Below, piece by piece: positions 57,501-64,000 of a stretch of DNA of 64,000 bases. Below the pieces are notes generated by a model. It was not told where the DNA came from. It made no database searches and was given only the letters and a program-made list of their open reading frames with translations. Position 1 is the first letter of the stretch, and the number at the start of each line of letters is the position of its first letter. The DNA comes from an uncultured Gemmatimonadaceae bacterium (lineage in GTDB: Bacteria > Gemmatimonadota > Gemmatimonadetes > Gemmatimonadales > GWC2-71-9): NCBI GenBank assembly GCA_964596925.1, contig CAZQWQ010000072.1:576305-640304 (forward strand), given 5' to 3'. The position numbers were made by a program, and so were the translations under genes.

Positions 57501-59520
57501 CGGTCGCCGCGGCCGTCAGGGTGTATCCGGCCCCCGCCGTGTTGATACTGAGATTGGTGAAGGCGGCGACACCGGCGACCGCGGCCACCGTCGTCGTGCC
57601 GGACAGGACCCCGCCGGCCGGATTGGTGCCGATCGCGACGAGCACATTGCCCGTGAAGCCGACGGCCGTGTTGCCCTGCGCGTCTCGCGCGGTCACTTCG
57701 ACCTGGGGCGTGATCGCCGCCCCCGCTGTCGCCGTGCTGGGTGGCACCGTGAAGACGAGTACGTTCGCCGCGCCCGCGTTGATCGCGAACGACGCGCTGG
57801 TGTCCGCCGTCAGCCCCCCCGCCGTGGCGGTGAACGTGTAGTCGGTCCCGCTCTTGTCGATGTTCAGGGTCGCGAACGTGGCGACCCCGCCCACGGCGGC
57901 GACGGTCGTCGTGCCGGAGAGGATGGCGCCGCTGGTGCCGGACCCGGCGGTGATCGCGATCGTCACCGCGCCCACAAAGCTGGGGGCGGAGTTGCCTGAA
58001 GCGTCCAGTGCAGCCACCTGGACGGCGGCCATCGTCGCGCCCGCCGTCGCAATCGTCGGCTGCGACGAGAAGACCAGTTGAGTGGCCGTGGAGGGGATGA
58101 TGTTGAATCCCGTGCTCGCCGTCGCCGGCAGGCCGGCTGCTGTGGCCGAGAGTGTGTAGCCGCTCCCCGCGGCATTGATGCTGAGGGTGGAGAACGTGGC
58201 GATGCCCGCTTCCGCGGCGACCGTGGCCGCGCCGGACAACACGCCGCCCGCGGGATTGGTCCCGATCGCCATGATCACATTGCCGTTGAACCCCGTCGCG
58301 ACGTTCCCCAACGCGTCACGTGCTTCCACCTTCACCGCCGGCGCAATCTCCGCCCCTGCCGTGGTCGTCACTGGCTGCACGATGAACACGAGGTCGGTAG
58401 CGATGCTGGGGGCGATGTCGAAGGAGGCGCTCGTGGCGCCCGTGAGGCCTGAGGCCGAGGCCGCCAGCGTGTAGCCGCTCCCCACCTTGTCGATGCTGAG
58501 ATCCGCGAAGGTGGCGACGCCCGCGACCGCGGCCTCCGTCGTCGTTCCGGACAGGACGCCGCCCGCGGGGTTCGCGCCGATCGCGAGCGTGACGTTGCCG
58601 GTGAAGCTCGTGACCGTGTTGCCCACGGCATCCCGCACCGTCACGTCCACCAAGGGAGTGATGGTGCCCCCGGCGGAAGTGGTGGTCGGCTGCACTGTGA
58701 AGGCCAATAGCGCCGCGGCTCCGGTGGTGATGTCGAAGGGGTCGCTGATTGCCGCCGTGAGCGCGCCGGACGAAGCCGTCAGCGTGTATCCCGTGCCGCT
58801 GATCGCGACGCCGCTCCTGTCGATGCTCAGATCGGAGAAGGTCGCGGCACCGGCGACTGCCGTGATCGTCGTGGTGCCCGACAGCGCGGCTCCGCTCGTC
58901 CCGGTTCCGGCGGTGATCACGACCGTCACGTCTCCCGTGAAGCCCGGGACGGGGTTGCCGAGGGCATCCTGCGCCGTGACACGCACGGCCGGGGTGATGG
59001 CGGCCCCGGCCGTTTCTGTCGTGGGCTGAGCGGTGAAGGCCAGTTGCGCCGGGGGTCCGGCATTGACGGTAAAGGACGCGCTGGTGCCCGCCGCGAGCCC
59101 GTTGGTGGTGGCCGTCAACCTGAATCCGGTGCCGCTCTTGTCGATACTCAGGTCATCGAACGTGGCGACCCCGTCCGTCAACGCCAGCGTGGTCGTCCCC
59201 GACAAGGTGGCCCCGCTCGTGCCCGTTCCGGTCGTGATCTCGAGCGTCACGCTCCCGGCAAAGTCGGTGAACGGGTCCCCGTCCTGATCCTGCACCTCGA
59301 CCTCAATCGCGGCGATGGTCGCGCCTGCCTCCGTGGTTCCGGGCGAGACCGAGAACCCCAACTGGGTCGCCTCCGGCGGGCCGATGACCTGGTCGCCACT
59401 ACAGGTGGACAACAGGAAGCACAGCACCGCGAGCCCCCCGGCGCGAGCCAGGCGGGCGGCGGCGGGTGCGCGGAAGACACGCAGGATCGCCGAGGAGTCA
59501 GTGTGCATGGGGTGGCTCAC
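54595..59520 (-). CDS. giant repeat protein (1641 aa): lipoprotein-like signal plus about 15 tandem Ig-like modules (paralog of the downstream gene)
   Basis: GTG start 4 nt after GAAGG. The N-terminus 'LRVFRAPAAARLARAGGLAVLCFLLSTC' is followed by the same repeat unit as 47762..54298. Confidence 0.9.
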   Translation of the reverse strand: MSHPMHTDSSAILRVFRAPAAARLARAGGLAVLCFLLSTCSGDQVIGPPEATQLGFSVSPGTTEAGATIAAIEVEVQDQDGDPFTDFAGSVTLEITTGTGTSGATLSGTTTLALTDGVATFDDLSIDKSGTGFRLTATTNGLAAGTSASFTVNAGPPAQLAFTAQPTTETAGAAITPAVRVTAQDALGNPVPGFTGDVTVVITAGTGTSGAALSGTTTITAVAGAATFSDLSIDRSGVAISGTGYTLTASSGALTAAISDPFDITTGAAALLAFTVQPTTTSAGGTITPLVDVTVRDAVGNTVTSFTGNVTLAIGANPAGGVLSGTTTEAAVAGVATFADLSIDKVGSGYTLAASASGLTGATSASFDIAPSIATDLVFIVQPVTTTAGAEIAPAVKVEARDALGNVATGFNGNVIMAIGTNPAGGVLSGAATVAAEAGIATFSTLSINAAGSGYTLSATAAGLPATASTGFNIIPSTATQLVFSSQPTIATAGATMAAVQVAALDASGNSAPSFVGAVTIAITAGSGTSGAILSGTTTVAAVGGVATFATLNIDKSGTDYTFTATAGGLTADTSASFAINAGAANVLVFTVPPSTATAGAAITPQVEVTARDAQGNTAVGFTGNVLVAIGTNPAGGVLSGTTTVAAVAGVAAFTNLSINTAGAGYTLTAAATGPTGAVSSAFDITAAQADRLVFTVQPTSAIAGATIAPAIQVTARDALGNTVTAFTANVTLTITAGSGTAGAALSGTKTVAATLGVATFSTLSIDLSGTAYQLSATGTGVAGATSASFNITAGAVTQLAFTIQPTSEVAGTAIAPAIQVTAQDAQGNTVPTFTGNIAVTIGTNPGTGTLSGTTSVTAVLGVATFSDLSIDKSGTGYTLIAASGVLTGATSAAFDITAGLATQLVYTVQPSTAAAGVTIAPAIQLTARDALGNTAKGFIGNVTVAIATNPAAGTLGGTKTVAAVLGVATFSTLTIDKSGIGYTLSATATGLLGASSTSFDIVPGVATTLVFSVQPATVTTNANIAPAVKVTARDALGNNAIAFNGNITVNLGSNPGGSTLSGTRTLAAVNGTASYQALSLNNVGTGYTLTATAAGLTGATSTTFNVITSVGTVLFFTGQPQNGTSGAALSPAVVVTARDASGQTASSFNGPVTVAITGGTGAPGAVLGGTATLNAVSGVATFANLSIDKSAVGYKLTATAAGLTGATSAFFTIHAGTATQLSFTLQPSAATAGIVIAPRVEVTARDAQGNTASGFTGGVTVAIATNPSGGILSGTATVPAVAGIASFSTLSIDQPGVGYTLTATAVGPTGATSAAFDVSASLVTQLVFTRQPSSATAGAIIAPSVRVTARNSSGQTETSFTGNVTLTITAGTGTAGSTLSGTTTVAAVAGVANFASLHIDNSGSGFRLSATASGLSGAVSAPFTINAGAPTRVTFSVQPASTTAGALIPGVSASTVQATVRDVLGNPVKTFTGNVSVALLTNPSGGVLSGTTTVAAVAGIATFNNLSIDRSGNGYRLDVASAGLASDTSDAISITGGAATQLLFTVQPSNTAANATIAPPIRVTALDALGNVATGFTGIVTLAIGTNPSGGTLAGTTAIAAANGVATFTPLSINNAGVGYRLTASAASVTAATSALFNIN
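54598..59370 (-). repeat. about 15 tandem coding repeats, unit about 300-320 nt
   Basis: Recurrences of 'L.F(T/S).QP...AG' and 'GVATF..LSI(D/N)' in the translation. A plus-strand shadow-ORF ladder is visible (55547, 55952, 56273, 56594, 56894, 57209 and onward). Confidence 0.85.
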
Positions 59521-59571
59521 GGCACCTTCTGTGCCAGGGGTTGGTGGTCAGGTGCAACGCAATAGAGGAGG

Positions 59572-59601
59572 ATTCTACCGCGAACTGTGGCGTAATGGCA
59601 A
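59572..59601 (-). promoter_or_regulatory. candidate sigma-70-type promoter for the repeat-protein genes
   Basis: Minus strand reads TTGCCA-N18-TAGAAT, about 50 nt upstream of the GTG start. Sequence match only. Confidence 0.35.
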
Positions 59602-59678
59602 CAGCTCGCCGCCTTAACCGACTCCATCGCATTACGGGCAGCTTATGTCAAACTGCGGCACGAATTGGGAATGTGGAA

Positions 59679-59752
59679 TGCGCCAGACGGGATTCGAACC
59701 CATGACCTTCGGCTCCGGAGGCCGACGCTCTATCCAGCTGAGCTACTGGCGC
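59679..59752 (-). tRNA. tRNA-Arg (anticodon CCG)
   Basis: Hand-folded cloverleaf: GCGCCAG/CTGGCGC acceptor, GCTC/GAGC D-stem, TCGGC-CTCCGGA-GCCGA anticodon arm, TTCGAAT T-loop. No encoded CCA. Confidence 0.9.
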
Positions 59753-59813
59753 AGGAAAGCAGTGAAACGAAGGTAACGGCGAACGACCTCACACTCCAGT
59801 CGCCGCACTGGTG

Positions 59814-61169
59814 CTACCCCAACCGCAGACGCGTGAACACTTGCAACGCCTTCGGAGCGGAGCCGTAGGCCGGTCGGAGCTCGGCCGGCAGGAAGTGCAC
59901 GCTCACTGCCATCCCGGCGCCCACGGTTCCCAGGCCCGCAACCCGGAGGTCGAGCGCGAGCCCGATTTCGAGTTTGCCGACGCCGAACAGCGTGCTATGG
60001 CGCAAATCGGTTGGGTCGAACAGCTCGTCCTTCACGACCCGCTCGACGCGGGCAAACACCGTGGATGATCCAACCGTGAGCGTGGACTCGAGCAACAGGG
60101 CGGGCTGCACCCGACTCGGAAACAGGAGCAGCAGCGAATCCACGGGGATGCCGGTTGTGTCGATGAGCGAGAGGTAGTGGTTCAGCACGGCTGGAGGAAA
60201 CGTTCGGATCGCCTCCCGCATGGGAATGACCGTACGCTGTCGTTTTCTCCGGGCCCAGACCGCGGTCGTTTGCCAGTTGCTCGTGCGCCAGCGTCGGTTG
60301 TACGTCACGGATGCCGATAGCATTCCATAGGGAATACGTGGGTGCAGGCGCTCCGGCTGAGCAAGGCCGGCGACGCCGGTTTGCAACACGAGATTTTCAT
60401 TCGCCGCAACGGAGACGCGCACCGCATGGGAATCGAGCCGCGGCTGCTCCACGTTCCAGCGCCGCGAATCCGGTTCGAGACCGTTGAAGCCCGACACCTC
60501 CAACTTCACCTGGCCGCTGGTCAGGCCGACGGTCATGACCCCATAGGTGATGTGGGTCGCGTCCTCGAAGTGGTGCCCGATAGGCGGGGACGGGAAGTCG
60601 CGGCCCGAGGCGCGGTGCAGAAACGGCGTCGGCCCAATGGCCGGGGAGCCGACGGGAGCGAGGTAGACGAACAGTTCGACGTCCGGGTCGATCGCCCGGC
60701 GGTAGGCGACGGCCACCTCCATGAGCACGTCGTGTGGGTGTTGTCGATCGCGCAGCGGAATCAGCCCGTCGGCGCTTTCACCGGTCTGCAGCAGCAGCGG
60801 GTATCCGTGGGGCCCCATCAAGGGTTCGGCGCTGGCCATGACCCGGGCTTCGAACACGCCGCGCCCCAGGCGGCGGGCCGCCGCCGCACCCAGCAGGTCG
60901 GTGACGTAGGTCTGGCGGTCCCCGCGAGGTTCGGGGCTGTTCGCGTAGTTGATCGACACCTGTCCATGCACCATTACCGACCAAGCCCCCATCCGGACGT
61001 GGATGCCCGCGGGGGGCGTGGAGGCAGGCTGCCAACTGGTGCCGGAGGCCGCCCGGGGATCCCAGACGTCTTCGGCGCGGTGGTCGTGCGGCCCGCTGGG
61101 GGTCTGGGCCGTGCCGGTGCGACCCCCCAGGGCGAGGCTGCAGATAATGAATAGACGTGGGGTAATCAC
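59814..61169 (-). CDS. secreted hypothetical protein, probable outer-membrane beta-barrel, with conserved-looking His/Asp motifs
   Basis: GTG start. Signal 'MITPRLFIICSLALGGRTGTAQ'. Motifs 'PHDHRAED', 'RDRQHPHDVLMEV' and 'PIGHHFEDATHITYG' are present, and the C-terminal half has an alternating beta pattern. Confidence 0.7.
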   Translation of the reverse strand: MITPRLFIICSLALGGRTGTAQTPSGPHDHRAEDVWDPRAASGTSWQPASTPPAGIHVRMGAWSVMVHGQVSINYANSPEPRGDRQTYVTDLLGAAAARRLGRGVFEARVMASAEPLMGPHGYPLLLQTGESADGLIPLRDRQHPHDVLMEVAVAYRRAIDPDVELFVYLAPVGSPAIGPTPFLHRASGRDFPSPPIGHHFEDATHITYGVMTVGLTSGQVKLEVSGFNGLEPDSRRWNVEQPRLDSHAVRVSVAANENLVLQTGVAGLAQPERLHPRIPYGMLSASVTYNRRWRTSNWQTTAVWARRKRQRTVIPMREAIRTFPPAVLNHYLSLIDTTGIPVDSLLLLFPSRVQPALLLESTLTVGSSTVFARVERVVKDELFDPTDLRHSTLFGVGKLEIGLALDLRVAGLGTVGAGMAVSVHFLPAELRPAYGSAPKALQVFTRLRLG

Positions 61170-61190
61170 GTGAACGTCCTGAGACTTCGT

Positions 61191-61267
<77 letters not shown>

Positions 61268-61272
61268 AGAGG

Positions 61273-61356
61273 CTAGACGCCCAGACGCCAAGACGTCCAG
61301 TCGCCTAGGTACTACAGGCTGCTCACTCCTAGGCGTCTCGGCGTCTGCACGTCTAG
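61273..61356. repeat. AGACGC-unit palindromic element, copy A (tRNA spacer)
   Basis: CTAGACGC-C-CAGACGC-CA-AGACGTC...CGCCTAGG [loop] CCTAGGCG...GCGTCTG-CAC-GTCTAG. The arms are imperfect reverse complements. Confidence 0.6.
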
Positions 61357-61370
61357 GCGTCCAGCAGTGA

Positions 61371-61444
<74 letters not shown>

Positions 61445-61446
61445 GA

Positions 61447-61523
<77 letters not shown>

Positions 61524-61529
61524 AAACCG

Positions 61530-61622
61530 CTAGACGCACAGACGCGATAGACGCAACAGACGCACAGCGTGCTCCTCAGGAACCCCTGCGCGTCTGGGCG
61601 TCTGCTGCGTCTGTGCGTCTAG
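61530..61622. repeat. AGACGC-unit palindromic element, copy B (tRNA spacer; best-preserved copy)
   Basis: Left arm CTAGACGC-A-CAGACGC-GA-TAGACGC-AA-CAGACGC. Right arm GCGTCTG-G-GCGTCTG-CT-GCGTCTG-T-GCGTCTAG. The outer 16 nt are perfectly complementary. Confidence 0.7.
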
Positions 61623-61628
61623 TAGTAG

Positions 61629-61702
61629 TAGCGGGGGTGGGATTTGAACCCACGACCTCCGGGTTATGAGCCCGGCGAGCTACCAGACTGCTCCACCCCG
61701 CG
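61629..61702 (-). tRNA. initiator tRNA-fMet (anticodon CAT)
   Basis: 5' CGCGGGG with an unpaired 1:72 position (C1 opposite U72). Three G-C pairs (GGG/CCC) close the CTCATAA anticodon loop. TTCAAAT T-loop. Confidence 0.85.
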
Positions 61703-61729
61703 TCGTTGGTGTGCTGCGGTTCCGGTCAG

Positions 61730-61802
61730 AGCGGGAAACGGGACTCGAACCCGCGACCCCAACCTTGGCAAGGTTGTGCTCTACCAACTGAGCTATTCCC
61801 GC
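61730..61802 (-). tRNA. tRNA-Gly (anticodon GCC)
   Basis: GCGGGAA/TTCCCGC acceptor, CAACC-TTGCCAA-GGTTG anticodon arm, discriminator U. Confidence 0.9.
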
Positions 61803-61864
61803 GCGCTGCAAATCTAACCGCCCAGTGGCGTGACTTCTACCGCAGCCCGTCCGTCATCACGAAA

Positions 61865-61937
61865 TGGAGGCGAGGGGGATCGAACCCCTGACCTCGTGAA
61901 TGCCATTCACGCGCTCTCCCAACTGAGCTACGCCCCC
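61865..61937 (-). tRNA. tRNA-Ala (anticodon GGC)
   Basis: GGGGGCG/CGCCTCC acceptor with the G3:U70 identity pair, and a CGTGA-ATGGCAT-TCACG anticodon arm. Confidence 0.9.
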
Positions 61938-61980
61938 GCTATATTAGCCGCCCCCGTAAGACCCCCGACGGGAACACGGC

Positions 61981-62009
61981 ATCTTATCGGGGCGTTCTAA
62001 CGGTGTCAA
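61981..62009 (-). promoter_or_regulatory. candidate sigma-70-type promoter of the tRNA operon
   Basis: Minus strand reads TTGACA-N17-TAAGAT. The -10 element ends about 43 nt upstream of tRNA-Ala. Confidence 0.5.
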
Positions 62010-62070
62010 GCGAAATTGTGAACTTTTCGCGCCGTGTTTGGTATCACGGGGCGATCAAATCGAGTGTCAC

Positions 62071-63108
62071 ATGCCCAAGTCTAGGCGCCGCACCAAAACC
62101 GCTTCCGCCAAGGCCAACCCCAAGGCCAAGGCCAGTGCCAAGCGGCCCGGTCGCGTGGTGCCCGCCAAGCCGGTGAAGCCCGCCCCGGTCAAGGCGGCAC
62201 CGCCCGCCGCGGCGGCCAAGGCGAAGCCCGGGCGCAAGCGCGGCCGGCGGCGCGGGCTCATGTCCGGGCTGGGGCACGAGCACGAGCGCGATATCCTCGA
62301 TCAGTACCTGCACGAGGTGAGCAAGACCCCGTTGCTCACTCAGAAGGAAGAGATCGCCCTGGCCCGGAAGGTGCGCGCCGGAGACCAGGAATCGATGCAG
62401 GAACTCGTCAAGCGCAACCTGCGCTTCGTGATCTCTGTCGCCAAGAAGTACCAGAACCGCGGGTTGCCGCTCACCGATCTGATCGGGGAGGGGAACGTCG
62501 GGCTGCTCACGGCCGCCCGGAAGTTCGACCCTGACCAGGGCGTGAAGTTCATCTCCTATGCGGTGTGGTGGATCCGCCAGGCGATTCTCGCCGCCCTGGC
62601 GCGCCAGGGCCGCACGGTCCGCGTGCCGCTGAACCGGACCGCCGACCTGTCGCGCATCGTGCGGACGGCGGAGTATCTGCGGCAGACGCTGCGGCGCGAG
62701 CCCACGCCCGAAGAGATCGCCGACGCGACCAAGTTGTCGCTCGAGGTGGTCCAGTCGCTCGCGGCGCTCAACACCGGCGACGTGCGGCTCGATGCGCCGC
62801 TCGATCCCGACGGGGACCGCTCGTTGATCGAGCGCTTCATCGCCGAGGACTTGCCCGACACGGAAGATCAGGCGATGGACCGCTTCCTGTCGGACGAGAT
62901 CGAGACGGCTCTGAACACGCTGCAGCGCCGTGACGCCAAGGTCCTGCGGCTGTATTTCGGGCTCGACGGCGGGCGGGAGCACACCCTCGAGGAAATCGGC
63001 GGCATGCTCGGGGTGACGCGTGAGCGGGTGCGTCAGCTGCGCGACCGCGCCCTGAAACGGTTGCGGGAAGGGGACGTGGGGAAGGCGCTCGCGAGCTTCG
63101 CCGCGTGA
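62071..63108 (+). CDS. rpoD: RNA polymerase sigma-70 factor, RpoD/SigA family (Bacteroidetes-like short primary-sigma type) with a basic Lys/Ala/Pro-rich N-terminal tail
   Basis: The ATG at 62071 is residue 12 of the track ORF. Regions present: 1.2 'ILDQYLHEVSKTPLLT', 2 'LVKRNLRFVISVAKKYQNRGLPLTDLIGEGNVGLLTAARKFD...FISYAVWWIRQAI', and 4.2 'LEEIGGMLGVTRERVRQLRDRALKRLR'. Confidence 0.85.
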   Translation: MPKSRRRTKTASAKANPKAKASAKRPGRVVPAKPVKPAPVKAAPPAAAAKAKPGRKRGRRRGLMSGLGHEHERDILDQYLHEVSKTPLLTQKEEIALARKVRAGDQESMQELVKRNLRFVISVAKKYQNRGLPLTDLIGEGNVGLLTAARKFDPDQGVKFISYAVWWIRQAILAALARQGRTVRVPLNRTADLSRIVRTAEYLRQTLRREPTPEEIADATKLSLEVVQSLAALNTGDVRLDAPLDPDGDRSLIERFIAEDLPDTEDQAMDRFLSDEIETALNTLQRRDAKVLRLYFGLDGGREHTLEEIGGMLGVTRERVRQLRDRALKRLREGDVGKALASFAA

Positions 63109-63112
63109 AATA

Positions 63113-63213
63113 CTAGACGCACTGACGCAGCAGACGGACAGCGGGTGACAGGTATCGGTGGCCAGGGGTTCCCTGGCCACTCTTGCTGTTCACCTCTGTG
63201 CGCCTGTGCGTCT
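63113..63213. repeat. AGACGC-unit palindromic element, copy C (degenerate; downstream of rpoD)
   Basis: It starts with CTAGACGC-A-CTGACGC-AG-CAGACGG, 5 nt after the rpoD stop, and ends with ...GTGCGC-CTGT-GCGTCT. The centre holds a perfect 10-bp hairpin. Confidence 0.5.
63158..63190 (+). terminator. rpoD terminator hairpin
   Basis: GTGGCCAGGG-gtt-CCCTGGCCAC is a perfect 10-bp stem, followed by 'TCTTGCTGTT'. Confidence 0.55.
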
Positions 63214-63249
63214 TTGCTCCGCTTTCTCCTCAGTACTAGCTTTCAGCCC

Positions 63250-64000
63250 GTGATCGAACGGATCGGCCGTCGAGCCGCCGCCGCCGTCCGGGCAGCGGGA
63301 CGTTTCGGTCATTTTCTCGGAGACCTGGCACGCGCCGTCCCTGACGTCGCGACCTGGGGCCGCCCCACCATCGTACAGATGCGACGCATCGGCGTGGACT
63401 CGCTCCCCGTCGCGTTATTCATCGCCGCGTTCACCGGCATCGTCCTCGCCCTCCAGGCCTCCTACACCTTCACCGGCACTGTCCCGCTCTACATCGTCGG
63501 CACGGTCGTCGGCAAGACGATGATGCTCGAGCTTGGCCCGGTGCTCACGGGCCTCGCCCTCTCGGGCCGGGTGGGCGCGAGTCTCGCCGCCGAGCTCGGA
63601 ACGATGAAGGTCACCGAGCAGGTGGACGCGCTCGAGACCCTCGCCTACGACCCGCATGCCTACCTCGTCCTGCCGCGGGTGTTCGCCGGGACCGTCATGG
63701 TGCCGCTGGTGGTGGCGCTGGGCATCGGGACCGGCATCGTCACCGGCTGGCTCACGAGTCTCGGATTGCTCGACCTCTCGACCGCCGAGTTCGTGAAGGG
63801 GCTGAAACTGCTGTACCGGTTCAAGGACACCTGGTTCGGGCTCGCCAAGAGCGCGAGCTTCGGGTTCATCATTACCCTGGTGGGCTGCCGGCTGGGACTG
63901 GGGACGCGCGGTGGCGCAGAAGGCGTGGGCCGCAGCACCACACGCGCCGTGGTCTACTCGGCGATGCTGATCCTGGTGCTGGATGCGTTCTGGGCGGTGG
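63250..64000 (+). CDS. mlaE: MlaE-family ABC transporter permease (3' end outside the window; absent from the ORF track because no stop is reached)
   Basis: Hand translation from the GTG at 63250 gives 'VIERIGRRAAAAVRAAGRFGHFL...QMRRIGVDSLPVALFIAAFTGIVLALQ...LGPVLTGLALSGRVGASLAAELGTMKVTEQVDALETLA...'. This parallels E. coli MlaE ('LRELGPVV...[21 protein letters not shown]'). Confidence 0.85.
   Translation, partial: MIERIGRRAAAAVRAAGRFGHFLGDLARAVPDVATWGRPTIVQMRRIGVDSLPVALFIAAFTGIVLALQASYTFTGTVPLYIVGTVVGKTMMLELGPVLTGLALSGRVGASLAAELGTMKVTEQVDALETLAYDPHAYLVLPRVFAGTVMVPLVVALGIGTGIVTGWLTSLGLLDLSTAEFVKGLKLLYRFKDTWFGLAKSASFGFIITLVGCRLGLGTRGGAEGVGRSTTRAVVYSAMLILVLDAFWAV

Noticed and set aside
47769-59029. 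Plus-strand ORFs of 639 aa (49133..51052) and 759 aa (51311..53590), and a ladder of ~70-130-aa ORFs each starting 'M(S/L)MLR..NVATP' every ~300-320 nt
   Set aside because: All are antisense to the two giant repeat genes. The periodic starts and stops are the reverse complement of the conserved 'GVATFSNLSIDK' and 'GYTL' codons in each repeat. The ladder is therefore a by-product of the repeat and not a set of genes.
47762-59520. Possible CRISPR array or satellite, given the strict ~300-nt periodicity
   Set aside because: The repeats are 300-320 nt, diverged, contiguous without unique spacers, and sit in one continuous reading frame per gene with a protein-domain consensus. No short direct repeats with spacers occur anywhere in the window. 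The AGACGC units at 61.3-63.2 kb are 8-9 nt and palindromically arranged, so they are not CRISPR-like.
61706-61891. 61-aa plus-strand ORF
   Set aside because: It starts with a TTG and runs across tRNA-Gly into tRNA-Ala on the opposite strand. Its sequence is explained entirely by the tRNA genes.

Overview
This is a 64-kb, roughly 70% GC chromosomal segment from a diderm bacterium. The gene content suggests an FCB-group or Gemmatimonadota-like organism, but that is inference only. The supporting signs are a Bacteroidetes-type primary sigma factor ('FISYAVWWIRQAI'), a PEGA-domain Ser/Thr kinase, many outer-membrane (OM) beta-barrels and a PD40/CehA hydrolase. I can support about 50 protein genes and 7 tRNA genes, all on the minus strand between 59.7 and 61.9 kb. 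I see no rRNA, no CRISPR array and no recognisable IS element or prophage.

Packing is very dense. At least 14 gene junctions are 4-nt ATGA/GTGA stop-start overlaps, so most genes lie in translationally coupled operons. Because of the GC content, almost every real gene has a long antisense shadow ORF in the supplied track. I chose strands by recognisable catalytic motifs and by the Arg/Pro/Gly-rich nonsense composition of the shadows. Internal starts were computed from residue offsets in the ORF track, whose 'M' can be ATG, GTG or TTG.

Blocks in order:
- amidohydrolase fragment, argR and an HNH endonuclease
- an NtrY/NtrX-like two-component operon carrying an Omp85-type barrel and DUF4390
- yjbQ; an NYN-LOTUS protein with a long RGG/Pro tail, coupled to a 3-methyladenine glycosylase
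- tdh-kbl and an orphan Cys-type formate dehydrogenase alpha subunit
- CDF transporter, rlmI-like and thiE; rho-ruvX-mltG; an M50 protease
- a divergent RDD/SpoIIM gene followed by nine same-strand genes: membrane protein, DUF4129, DUF4350, MoxR, DUF58, a Big_2 lipoprotein, a zinc-ribbon/PEGA Ser/Thr kinase, a TPR-like protein and an OM barrel
- a ten-gene amino-acid/peptide catabolic run
- two adjacent giant genes (2178 and 1641 aa) built from about 35 Ig-like ~100-aa repeats
- a tRNA cluster and rpoD flanked by a family of ~90-100-nt palindromic elements made of AGACGC units
- the start of mlaE

The candidates most worth follow-up are the giant repeat-protein pair, the MoxR/DUF58 plus kinase supercluster, the NYN-LOTUS-RGG protein and the AGACGC palindromic elements. 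All functional calls rest on motif recognition by eye; no database search was run.
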